From the NCBI GenBank assembly GCA_964057225.1, contig OZ059898.1, forward strand, positions 3,100,001-3,164,000: a DNA stretch of 64,000 nucleotides, read 5' to 3'. The notes under the pieces were generated by a model. That model saw nothing but the letters and a program-made list of their open reading frames with translations. It had not been told where the DNA came from and ran no database searches. Positions 26,323 through 39,600 of the stretch are shown piece by piece; position 1 is the first letter of the stretch, and each line of letters begins with the position of its first letter. The stretch comes from Auanema rhodensis (lineage: Eukaryota; Animalia; Nematoda). The translations under genes and the position numbers were made by a program.

Positions 26323-29300
26323 CACCGAGATATCAACTGATACAAGTTCACACTTATATCCTCGATTTTCACCCTGAAGAAATAATTTTTTCGTTGAATA
26401 ACATTGTCTATCGTCTTTGCCTTGAAAAATGGAATCTAAAAACATCTACTTTTTGCTAAATTATTTTGAAATTTTTCGAAAAAATTTTTGTCAAAATGTT
26501 TTTGGAAACAATGTTGAGTGTACATGGAAACTCAACATACACTAATGCATCATTTTTCAAACGATCATAACTAATTTTTGTATCAAGCTTTTCTCAATGT
26601 AGTATAGTGCATTCGATGCGGATTTTTAAGCTGCGTCGATATGTGTTATCAGATTTGCGCTAGCTTAAAAATGCACCGAGATATCAACTGATATAAGTTC
26701 ACACTTATATCCTCGATTTTCACCCTGAAGAATTAACTTTTTCGTTGAATAACATTGTCTATCGTCTTTGCCTTGAAAAATGGAATCTAAAAACATCTAC
26801 TTTTTGCTAAATTATTTTGAAATTTTTCGAAAAAATTTTTGTCAAAATGTTTTTGGAAACAATGTTGAGTGTACATGGAAACTCAACATACACTAATGCA
26901 TCATTTTTCAAACGATCATAACTAATTTTTGTATCAAGCGTTTTTCAATGTAGTATAGTGCATTCGATGCGGATTTTTAAGCTGCGTCGATCTGTGTTAT
27001 CAGATTTGCGCTAGCTTAAAAATGCACCGAGATATCAACTGATACAAGTTCACACTTATATCCTCGATTTTCACCCTGAAGAAATAATTTTTTCGTTGAA
27101 TAACATTGTCTATCGTCTTTGCCTTGAAAAATGGAATCTAAAAACATCTACTTTTTGCTAAATTATTTTGAAATTTTTCGAAAAAATTTTTGTCAAAATG
27201 TTTTTGGAAACAATGTTGAGTGTACATGGAAACTCAACATACACTAATGCATCATTTTTCAAACGATCATAACTAATTTTTGTATCAAGCTTTTCTCAAT
27301 GTAGTATAGTGCATTCGATGCGGATTTTTAAGCTGCGTCGATATGTGTTATCAGATTTGCGCTAGCTTAAAAATGCACCGAGATATCAACTGATATAAGT
27401 TCACACTTATATCCTCGATTTTCACCCTGAAGAATTAACTTTTTCGTTGAATAACATTGTCTATCGTCTTTGCCTTGAAAAATGGAATCTAAAAACATCT
27501 ACTTTTTGCTAAATTATTTTGAAATTTTTCGAAAAAATTTTTGTCAAAATGTTTTTGGAAGCAATGTTGAGTGTACATGGAAACTCAACATACACTAATG
27601 CATCATTTTTCAAACGATCATAACTAATTTTTGTATTAAGCTTTTCTCAATGTAGTATAGTGCATTCGATGCGGATTTTTAAGCTGCGTCGATCTGTGTT
27701 ATCAGATTTGCGCTAGCTTAAAAATGCACCGAGATATCAACTGATATAAGTTCACACTTATATCCTCGATTTTCACCCTGAAGAATTAACTTTTTCGTTG
27801 AATAACATTGTCTATCGTCTTTGCCTTGAAAAATGGAATCTAAAAACATCTACTTTTTGGTAAACTATTTTGAAATTTTTCGAAAAAATTTTTGTCAAAA
27901 TGTTTTTGGAAGCAATGTTGAGTGTACATGGACACTCAACATACACTAATGCATCATTTTTCAAACGATCATAACTTATTTTTGTATCAAGCGTTTCTCA
28001 ATGTAGTATAGTGCATTCGATCCGGATTTTTAAGCTGCGTCGATCTGTGTTATCAGATTTGCGCTAGCTTAAAAATGCACCGAGATATCAACTGATATAA
28101 GTTCACACTTATATCCTCGATTTTCACCCTGAAGAATTAACTTTTTCGTTGAATAACATTGTCTATCGTCTTTGCCTTGAAAAATGGAATCTAAAAACAT
28201 CTACTTTTTGGTAAACTATTTTGAAATTTTTCGAAAAAATTTTTGTCAAAATGTTTTTGGAAGCAATGTTGAGTGTACATGGAAACTCAACATACACTAA
28301 TGCATCATTTTTCAAACGATCATAACTTATTTTTGTATCAAGCGTTTCTCAATGTAGTATAGTGCATTCGATCCGGATTTTTAAGCTGCGTCGATCTGTG
28401 TTATCAGATTTGCGCTAGCTTAAAAATGCACCGAGATATCAACTGATATAAGTTCACACTTATATCCTCGATTTTCACCCTGAAGAATTAATTTTTTCGT
28501 TGAATAACATTGTCCATCGTCTTTGCCTTGAAAAAAGGAATCTAAAAACATCTACTTTTTGCTAAATTATTTTGAAATTTTCCGAAAAAATTTTTGTCAA
28601 AATGTTTTTGGAAGCAATGTTGAGTGTACATGGAAACTCAACATACACTAATGCATCATTTTTCAAACGATCATAACTAATTTTTGTATTAAGCTTTTCT
28701 CAATGTAGTATAGTGCATTCGATGCGGATTTTTAAGCTGCGTCGATCTGTGTTATCAGATTTGCGCTAGCTTAAAAATGCACCGAGATATCAACTGATAT
28801 AAGTTCACACTTATATCCTCGATTTTCACCCTGAAGAATTAACTTTTTCGTTGAATAACATTGTCTATCGTCTTTGCCTTGAAAAATGGAATCTAAAAAC
28901 ATCTACTTTTTGGTAAACTATTTTGAAATTTTTCGAAAAAATTTTTGTCAAAATGTTTTTGGAAGCAATGTTGAGTGTACATGGAAACTCAACATACACT
29001 AATGCATCATTTTTCAAACGATCATAACTAATTTTTGTATCAAGCGTTTCTCAATGTATTATAGTGCATTCGATCCGGATTTTTAAGCTGCGTCGATCTG
29101 TGTTATCAGATTTGCGCTAGCTTAAAAATGCACCGAGATATCAACTGATATAAGTTCACACTTATATCCTCGATTTTCACCCTGAAGAATTAATTTTTTC
29201 GTTGAATAACATTGTCCATCGTCTTTGCCTTGAAAAAAGGAATCTAAAAACATCTACTTTTTGCTAAATTATTTTGAAATTTTCCGAAAAAATTTTTGTC

Positions 29301-31236
29301 AAAATGTTTTTGGAAGCAATGTTGAGTGTACATGGAAACTCAACATACACTAATGCATCATTTTTCAAACGATCATAACTAATTTTTGTATTAAGCGTTT
29401 TTCAATGTAGTATAGTGCAATCGATGCGGATTTTTAAACTGCGTCGATCTGTGTTATCAGATTTGCGCTAGCTTAAAAATGCACCGAGATATCAACTGAT
29501 ACAAGTTCACACTTATATCCTCGATTTTCACCCTGAAGAAATAATTTTTTCGTTGAATAACATTGTCTATCGTCTTTGCCTTGAAAAATGGAATCTAAAA
29601 ACATCTACTTTTTGCTAAATTATTTTGAAATTTTTCGAAAAAATTTTTGTCAAAATGTTTTTGGAAACAATGTTGAGTGTACATGGAAACTCAACATACA
29701 CTAATGCATCATTTTTCAAACGATCATAACTAATTTTTGTATCAAGCTTTTCTCAATGTAGTATAGTGCATTCGATGCGGATTTTTAAGCTGCGTCGATA
29801 TGTGTTATCAGATTTGCGCTAGCTTAAAAATGCACCGAGATATCAACTGATATAAGTTCACACTTATATCCTCGATTTTCACCCTGAAGAATTAACTTTT
29901 TCGTTGAATAACATTGTCTATCGTCTTTGCCTTGAAAAATGGAATCTAAAAACATCTACTTTTTGCTAAATTATTTTGAAATTTTTCGAAAAAATTTTTG
30001 TCAAAATGTTTTTGGAAACAATGTTGAGTGTACATGGAAACTCAACATACACTAATGCATCATTTTTCAAACGATCATAACTAATTTTTGTATCAAGCGT
30101 TTTTCAATGTAGTATAGTGCATTCGATGCGGATTTTTAAGCTGCGTCGATCTGTGTTATCAGATTTGCGCTAGCTTAAAAATGCACCGAGATATCAACTG
30201 ATACAAGTTCACACTTATATCCTCGATTTTCACCCTGAAGAAATAATTTTTTCGTTGAATAACATTGTCTATCGTCTTTGCCTTGAAAAATGGAATCTAA
30301 AAACATCTACTTTTTGCTAAATTATTTTGAAATTTTTCGAAAAAATTTTTGTCAAAATGTTTTTGGAAACAATGTTGAGTGTACATGGAAACTCAACATA
30401 CACTAATGCATCATTTTTCAAACGATCATAACTAATTTTTGTATCAAGCTTTTCTCAATGTAGTATAGTGCATTCGATGCGGATTTTTAAGCTGCGTCGA
30501 TATGTGTTATCAGATTTGCGCTAGCTTAAAAATGCACCGAGATATCAACTGATATAAGTTCACACTTATATCCTCGATTTTCACCCTGAAGAATTAACTT
30601 TTTCGTTGAATAACATTGTCTATCGTCTTTGCCTTGAAAAATGGAATCTAAAAACATCTACTTTTTGCTAAATTATTTTGAAATTTTTCGAAAAAATTTT
30701 TGTCAAAATGTTTTTGGAAGCAATGTTGAGTGTACATGGAAACTCAACATACACTAATGCATCATTTTTCAAACGATCATAACTAATTTTTGTATTAAGC
30801 TTTTCTCAATGTAGTATAGTGCATTCGATGCGGATTTTTAAGCTGCGTCGATATGTGTTATCAGATTTGCGCTAGCTTAAAAATGCACCGAGATATCAAC
30901 TGATATAAGTTCACACTTATATCCTCGATTTTCACCCTGAAGAAATAATTTTTTCGTTGAATAACATTGTCTATCGTCTTTGCCTTGAAAAATGGAATCT
31001 AAAAACATCTACTTTTTGCTAAATTATTTTGAAATTTTTCGAAAAAATTTTTGTCAAAATGTTTTTGGAAGCAATGTTGAGTGTACATGGAAACTCAACA
31101 TACACTAATGCATCATTTTTCAAACGATCATAACTAATTTTTGTATCAAGCGTTTTTCAATGTAGTATAGTGCATTCGATGCGGATTTTTAAGCTGCGTC
31201 GATCTGTGTTATCAGATTTGCGCTAGCTTAAAAATG

Positions 31237-33342
31237 CACCGAGATATCAACTGATACAAGTTCACACTTATATCCTCGATTTTCACCCTGAAGAAATAAT
31301 TTTTTCGTTGAATAACATTGTCTATCGTCTTTGCCTTGAAAAATGGAATCTAAAAACATCTACTTTTTGCTAAATTATTTTGAAATTTTTCGAAAAAATT
31401 TTTGTCAAAATGTTTTTGGAAACAATGTTGAGTGTACATGGAAACTCAACATACACTAATGCATCATTTTTCAAACGATCATAACTAATTTTTGTATCAA
31501 GCTTTTCTCAATGTAGTATAGTGCATTCGATGCGGATTTTTAAGCTGCGTCGATATGTGTTATCAGATTTGCGCTAGCTTAAAAATGCACCGAGATATCA
31601 ACTGATATAAGTTCACACTTATATCCTCGATTTTCACCCTGAAGAATTAACTTTTTCGTTGAATAACATTGTCTATCGTCTTTGCCTTGAAAAATGGAAT
31701 CTAAAAACATCTACTTTTTGCTAAATTATTTTGAAATTTTTCGAAAAAATTTTTGTCAAAATGTTTTTGGAAGCAATGTTGAGTGTACATGGAAACTCAA
31801 CATACACTAATGCATCATTTTTCAAACGATCATAACTAATTTTTGTATTAAGCTTTTCTCAATGTAGTATAGTGCATTCGATGCGGATTTTTAAGCTGCG
31901 TCGATCTGTGTTATCAGATTTGCGCTAGCTTAAAAATGCACCGAGATATCAACTGATATAAGTTCACACTTATATCCTCGATTTTCACCCTGAAGAATTA
32001 ACTTTTTCGTTGAATAACATTGTCTATCGTCTTTGCCTTGAAAAATGGAATCTAAAAACATCTACTTTTTGGTAAACTATTTTGAAATTTTTCGAAAAAA
32101 TTTTTGTCAAAATGTTTTTGGAAGCAATGTTGAGTGTACATGGAAACTCAACATACACTAATGCATCATTTTTCAAACGATCATAACTTATTTTTGTATC
32201 AAGCGTTTCTCAATGTAGTATAGTGCATTCGATCCGGATTTTTAAGCTGCGTCGATCTGTGTTATCAGATTTGCGCTAGCTTAAAAATGCACCGAGATAT
32301 CAACTGATATAAGTTCACACTTATATCCTCGATTTTCACCCTGAAGAAATAATTTTTTCGTTGAATAACATTGTCTATCGTCTTTGCCTTGAAAAATGGA
32401 ATCTAAAAACATCTACTTTTTGCTAAATTATTTTGAAATTTTTCGAAAAAATTTTTGTCAAAATGTTTTTGGAAACAATGTTGAGTGTACATGGAAACTC
32501 AACATACACTAATGCATCATTTTTCAAACGATCATAACTAATTTTTGTATCAAGCTTTTCTCAATGTAGTATAGTGCATTCGATGCGGATTTTTAAGCTG
32601 CGTCGATATGTGTTATCAGATTTGCGCTAGCTTAAAAATGCACCGAGATATCAACTGATATAAGTTCACACTTATATCCTCGATTTTCACCCTGAAGAAT
32701 TAACTTTTTCGTTGAATAACATTGTCTATCGTCTTTGCCTTGAAAAATGGAATCTAAAAACATCTACTTTTTGCTAAATTATTTTGAAATTTTTCGAAAA
32801 AATTTTTGTCAAAATGTTTTTGGAAGCAATGTTGAGTGTACATGGAAACTCAACATACACTAATGCATCATTTTTCAAACGATCATAACTAATTTTTGTA
32901 TTAAGCTTTTCTCAATGTAGTATAGTGCATTCGATGCGGATTTTTAAGCTGCGTCGATCTGTGTTATCAGATTTGCGCTAGCTTAAAAATGCACCGAGAT
33001 ATCAACTGATATAAGTTCACACTTATATCCTCGATTTTCACCCTGAAGAATTAACTTTTTCGTTGAATAACATTGTCTATCGTCTTTGCCTTGAAAAATG
33101 GAATCTAAAAACATCTACTTTTTGGTAAACTATTTTGAAATTTTTCGAAAAAATTTTTGTCAAAATGTTTTTGGAAGCAATGTTGAGTGTACATGGAAAC
33201 TCAACATACACTAATGCATCATTTTTCAAACGATCATAACTTATTTTTGTATCAAGCGTTTCTCAATGTAGTATAGTGCATTCGATCCGGATTTTTAAGC
33301 TGCGTCGATCTGTGTTATCAGATTTGCGCTAGCTTAAAAATG
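31237..33342 (+). repeat. Local trimer duplication, period 1,053 bp
   Basis: A GGAAACAATG+GATATG monomer, a TTAAGCTTTT monomer and a GGTAAACT+AACTTATT monomer occur twice in the same order. Confidence 0.8.
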
Positions 33343-33693
33343 CACCGAGATATCAACTGATATAAGTTCACACTTATATCCTCGATTTTCACCCTGAAGA
33401 ATTAATTTTTTCGTTGAATAACATTGTCCATCGTCTTTGCCTTGAAAAAAGGAATCTAAAAACATCTACTTTTTGCTAAATTATTTTGAAATTTTCCGAA
33501 AAAATTTTTGTCAAAATGTTTTTGGAAGCAATGTTGAGTGTACATGGAAACTCAACATACACTAATGCATCATTTTTCAAACGATCATAACTAATTTTTG
33601 TATTAAGCTTTTCTCAATGTAGTATAGTGCATTCGATGCGGATTTTTAAGCTGCGTCGATCTGTGTTATCAGATTTGCGCTAGCTTAAAAATG

Positions 33694-36600
33694 CACCGAG
33701 ATATCAACTGATATAAGTTCACACTTATATCCTCGATTTTCACCCTGAAGAATTAACTTTTTCGTTGAATAACATTGTCTATCGTCTTTGCCTTGAAAAA
33801 TGGAATCTAAAAACATCTACTTTTTGGTAAACTATTTTGAAATTTTTCGAAAAAATTTTTGTCAAAATGTTTTTGGAAGCAATGTTGAGTGTACATGGAA
33901 ACTCAACATACACTAATGCATCATTTTTCAAACGATCATAACTAATTTTTGTATCAAGCGTTTCTCAATGTATTATAGTGCATTCGATCCGGATTTTTAA
34001 GCTGCGTCGATCTGTGTTATCAGATTTGCGCTAGCTTAAAAATGCACCGAGATATCAACTGATATAAGTTCACACTTATATCCTCGATTTTCACCCTGAA
34101 GAATTAATTTTTTTGTTGAATAACATTGTCCATCGTCTTTGCCTTGAAAAAAGGAATCTAAAAACATCTACTTTTTGCTAAATTATTTTGAAATTTTCCG
34201 AAAAAATTTTTGTCAAAATGTTTTTGGAAGCAATGTTGAGTGTACATGGAAACTCAACATACACTAATGCATCATTTTTCAAACGATCATAACTAATTTT
34301 TGTATTAAGCGTTTTTCAATGTAGTATAGTGCAATCGATGCGGATTTTTAAACTGCGTCGATCTGTGTTATCAGATTTGCGCTAGCTTAAAAATGCACCG
34401 AGATATCAAATGATATAAGTTCACACTTATATCCTCGATTTTCATCCTGAAGAATTAATTTTTTCGTTGAATAACGTTGTCCATCGTCTTTGCCTTGGAA
34501 AATCGAATCTAAAAACATCTACTTTTCGCTAAATTATTTTGAAATTTTTCGAAAAAATTTTTGTCAAAATGTTTTTGGAAGCAATGTTGAGTGTACATGG
34601 AAACTCAACATACACTAATGCATCATTTTTCAAACGATCATAACTAATTTTTGTATCAAGCGTTTTTCAATGTAGTATAGTGCATTCGATGCGGATTTTT
34701 AAGCTGCGTCGATCTGTGTTATCAGATTTGCGCTAGCTTAAAAATGCACCGAGATATCAACTGATATAAGTTCACACTTATATCCTCGATTTTCACCCTG
34801 AAGAATTAATTTTTTTGTTGAATAACATTGTCCATCGTCTTTGCCTTGAAAAAAGGAATCTAAAAACATCTACTTTTTGCTAAATTATTTTGAAATTTTC
34901 CGAAAAAATTTTTGTCAAAATGTTTTTGGAAGCAATGTTGAGTGTACATGGAAACTCAACATACACTAATGCATCATTTTTCAAACGATCATAACTAATT
35001 TTTGTATCACGCGTTTTTCAATGTAGTATAGTGCATTCGATGCGGATTTTTAAGCTGCGTCGATCTGTGTTATCAGATTTGCGCTAGCTTAAAAATGCAC
35101 CGAGATATCAACTGATACAAGTTCACACTTATATCCTCGATTTTCACCCTGAAGAAATAATTTTTTCGTTGAATAACATTGTCCATCGTCTTTGCCTTGA
35201 AAAAAGGACTTTCAAAACATCTACTTTTTGCTAAATTATTTTGAAATTTTTCGAAAAAATTTTTGTCAAAATGTTTTTGGAAGCAATGTTGAGTGTACAT
35301 GGAAACTCAACATACACTAATGCATCATTTTTCAAACGATCATAACTAATTTTTGTATCAAGCGTTTTTCAATGTAGTATAGTGCATTCGATGCGGATTT
35401 TTAAGCTGCGTCGATCTGTGTTATCAGATTTGCGCTAGCTTAAAAATGCACCGAGATATCAACTGATACAAGTTCACACTTATATCCTCGATTTTCACCC
35501 TGAAGAAATAATTTTTTCGTTGAATAACATTGTCCATCGTCTTTGCCTTGAAAAAAGGATTTTAAAAACATCTACTTTTTGCTAAATTATTCTGAAATTT
35601 TCCGAAAAAATTTTTGTCAAAATGTTTTTGGAAGCAATGTTGAGTGTACATGGAAACTCAACATACACTAATGCATCATTTTTCAAACGATCATAACTAA
35701 TTTTTGTATTAAGCGTTTTTTAATGTAGTATAGTGCATTCGATCCGGATTTTTAAGCTGCGTCGATCTGTGTTATCAGATTTGCGCTAGCTTAAAAATGC
35801 ACCGAGATATCAACTGATATAAGTTCACACTTATATCCTCGATTTTCACCCTGAAGAAATAATTTTTTCGTTGAATAACATTGTCCATCGTCTTTGCCTT
35901 GAAAAATCAAATCTAAAAACATCTACTTTTCGCTAAATTATTTTGAAATTTTTCGAAAAAATTTTTGTCAAAATGTTTTTGGAAGCAATGTTGAGTGTAC
36001 ATGGAAACTCAACATACACTAATGCATCATTTTTCAAACGATCATAACTAATTTTTGTATCAAGCGTTTTTCAATGTAGTAGAGTGCATTCGATGCGGAT
36101 TTTTAAGCTGCGTCGATCTGTGTTATCAGATTTGCGCTAGCTTAAAAATGCACCGAGATATCAACTGATATAAGTTCACACTTATATCCTCGATTTTCAC
36201 CCTGAAGAATTAACTTTTTCGTTGAATAACATTGTCTATCGTCTTTGCCTTGAAAAATGGAATCTAAAAACATCTACTTTTTGGTAAACTATTTTGAAAT
36301 TTTTCGAAAAAATTTTTGTCAAAATGTTTTTGGAAGCAATGTTGAGTGTACATGGAAACTCAACATACACTAATGCATCATTTTTCAAACGATCATAACT
36401 AATTTTTGTATCAAGCGTTTTTCAATGTATTATAGTGCATTCGATCCGGATTTTTAAGCTGCGTCGATCTGTGTTATCAGATTTGCGCTAGCTTAAAAAT
36501 GCACCGAGATATCAACTGATATAAGTTCACACTTATATCCTCGATTTTCACCCTGAAGAATTAATTTTTTCGTTGAATAACATTGTCCATCGTCTTTGCC

Positions 36601-39600
36601 TTGAAAAAAGGAATCTAAAAACATCTACTTTTTGCTAAATTATTTTGAAATTTTCCGAAAAAATTTTTGTCAAAATGTTTTTGGAAGCAATGTTGAGTGT
36701 ACATGGAAACTCAACATACACTAATGCATCATTTTTCAAACGATCATAACTAATTTTTGTATTAAGCGTTTTTCAATGTAGTATAGTGCAATCGATGCGG
36801 ATTTTTAAACTGCGTCGATCTGTGTTATCAGATTTGCGCTAGCTTAAAAATGCACCGAGATATCAAATGATATAAGTTCACACTTATATCCTCGATTTTC
36901 ATCCTGAAGAATTAATTTTTTCGTTGAATAACGTTGTCCATCGTCTTTGCCTTGGAAAATCGAATCTAAAAACATCTACTTTTCGCTAAATTATTTTGAA
37001 ATTTTTCGAAAAAATTTTTGTCAAAATGTTTTTGGAAGCAATGTTGAGTGTACATGGAAACTCAACATACACTAATGCATCATTTTTCAAACGATCATAA
37101 CTAATTTTTGTATCACGCGTTTTTCAATGTAGTATAGTGCATTCGATGCGGATTTTTAAGCTGCGTCGATCTGTGTTATCAGATTTGCGCTAGCTTAAAA
37201 ATGCACCGAGATATCAACTGATACAAGTTCACACTTATATCCTCGATTTTCACCCTGAAGAAATAATTTTTTCGTTGAATAACATTGTCCATCGTCTTTG
37301 CCTTGGAAAAAGGATTTTAAAAACATCTACTTTTTGCTAAATTATTCTGAAATTTTCCGAAAAAATTTTTGTCAAAATGTTTTTGGAAGCAATGTTGAGT
37401 GTACATGGAAACTCAACTTACACTAATGCATCATTTTTCAAACGATCATAACTAATTTTTGTATCAAGCGTTTTTCAATGTAGTAGAGTGCATTCGATGC
37501 GGATTTTTAAGCTGCGTCGATCTGTGTTATCAGATTTGCGCTAGCTTAAAAATGCACCGAGATATCAACTGATATAAGTTCACACTTATATCCTCGATTT
37601 TCACCCTGAAGAATTAACTTTTTCGTTGAATAACATTGTCTATCGTCTTTGCCTTGAAAAATGGAATCTAAAAACATCTACTTTTTGGTAAACTATTTTG
37701 AAATTTTTCGAAAAAATTTTTGTCAAAATGTTTTTGGAAGCAATGTTGAGTGTACATGGAAACTCAACATACACTAATGCATCATTTTTCAAACGATCAT
37801 AACTAATTTTTGTATCAAGCGTTTCTCAATGTATTATAGTGCATTCGATCCGGATTTTTAAGCTGCGTCGATCTGTGTTATCAGATTTGCGCTAGCTTAA
37901 AAATGCACCGAGATATCAACTGATATAAGTTCACACTTATATCCTCGATTTTCACCCTGAAGAATTAATTTTTTCGTTGAATAACATTGTCCATCGTCTT
38001 TGCCTTGAAAAAAGGAATCTAAAAACATCTACTTTTTGCTAAATTATTTTGAAATTTTCCGAAAAAATTTTTGTCAAAATGTTTTTGGAAGCAATGTTGA
38101 GTGTACATGGAAACTCAACATACACTAATGCATCATTTTTCAAACGATCATAACTAATTTTTGTATTAAGCGTTTTTCAATGTAGTATAGTGCAATCGAT
38201 GCGGATTTTTAAACTGCGTCGATCTGTGTTATCAGATTTGCGCTAGCTTAAAAATGCACCGAGATATCAAATGATATAAGTTCACACTTATATCCTCGAT
38301 TTTCATCCTGAAGAATTAATTTTTTCGTTGAATAACGTTGTCCATCGTCTTTGCCTTGGAAAATCGAATCTAAAAACATCTACTTTTCGCTAAATTATTT
38401 TGAAATTTTTCGAAAAAATTTTTGTCAAAATGTTTTTGGAAGCAATGTTGAGTGTACATGGAAACTCAACATACACTAATGCATCATTTTTCAAACGATC
38501 ATAACTAATTTTTGTATCACGCGTTTTTCAATGTAGTATAGTGCATTCGATGCGGATTTTTAAGCTGCGTCGATCTGTGTTATCAGATTTGCGCTAGCTT
38601 AAAAATGCACCGAGATATCAACTGATACAAGTTCACACTTATATCCTCGATTTTCACCCTGAAGAAATAATTTTTTCGTTGAATAACATTGTCCATCGTC
38701 TTTGCCTTGAAAAAAGGATTTTAAAAACATCTACTTTTTGCTAAATTATTTTGAAATTTTTCGAAAAAATTTTTGTCAAAATGTTTTTGGAAGCAATGTT
38801 GAGTGTACATGGAAACTCAACATACACTAATGCATCATTTTTCAAACGATCATAACTAATTTTTGTATCAAGCGTTTTTCAATGTAGTATAGTGCATTCG
38901 ATGCGGATTTTTAAGCTGCGTCGATCTGTGTTATCAGATTTGCGCTAGCTTAAAAATGCACCGAGATATCAACTGATACAAGTTCACACTTATATCCTCG
39001 ATTTTCACCCTGAAGAAATAATTTTTTCGTTGAATAACATTGTCCATCGTCTTTGCCTTGAAAAAAGGATTTTAAAAACATCTACTTTTTGCTAAATTAT
39101 TCTGAAATTTTCCGAAAAAATTTTTGTCAAAATGTTTTTGGAAGCAATGTTGAGTGTACATGGAAACTCAACATACACTAATGCATCATTTTTCAAACGA
39201 TCATAACTAATTTTTGTATTAAGCGTTTTTTAATGTAGTATAGTGCATTCGATCCGGATTTTTAAGCTGCGTCGATCTGTGTTATCAGATTTGCGCTAGC
39301 TTAAAAATGCACCGAGATATCAACTGATATAAGTTCACACTTATATCCTCGATTTTCACCCTGAAGAATTAATTTTCTCGTTGAATAACATTGTCCATCG
39401 TCTTTGCCTTGAAAAAAGGAATCTAAAAACATCTACTTTTTGCTAAATTAATTTGAAATTTTCCGAAAAAATTTTTGTCAAAATGTTTTTAGAAGCAATG
39501 TTGAGTGTACATGGAAACTCAACATACACTAATGCATCATTTTTCAAACGATCATAACTAATTTTTGTATTAAGCGTTTTTCCATGTAGTATAGTGCAAT

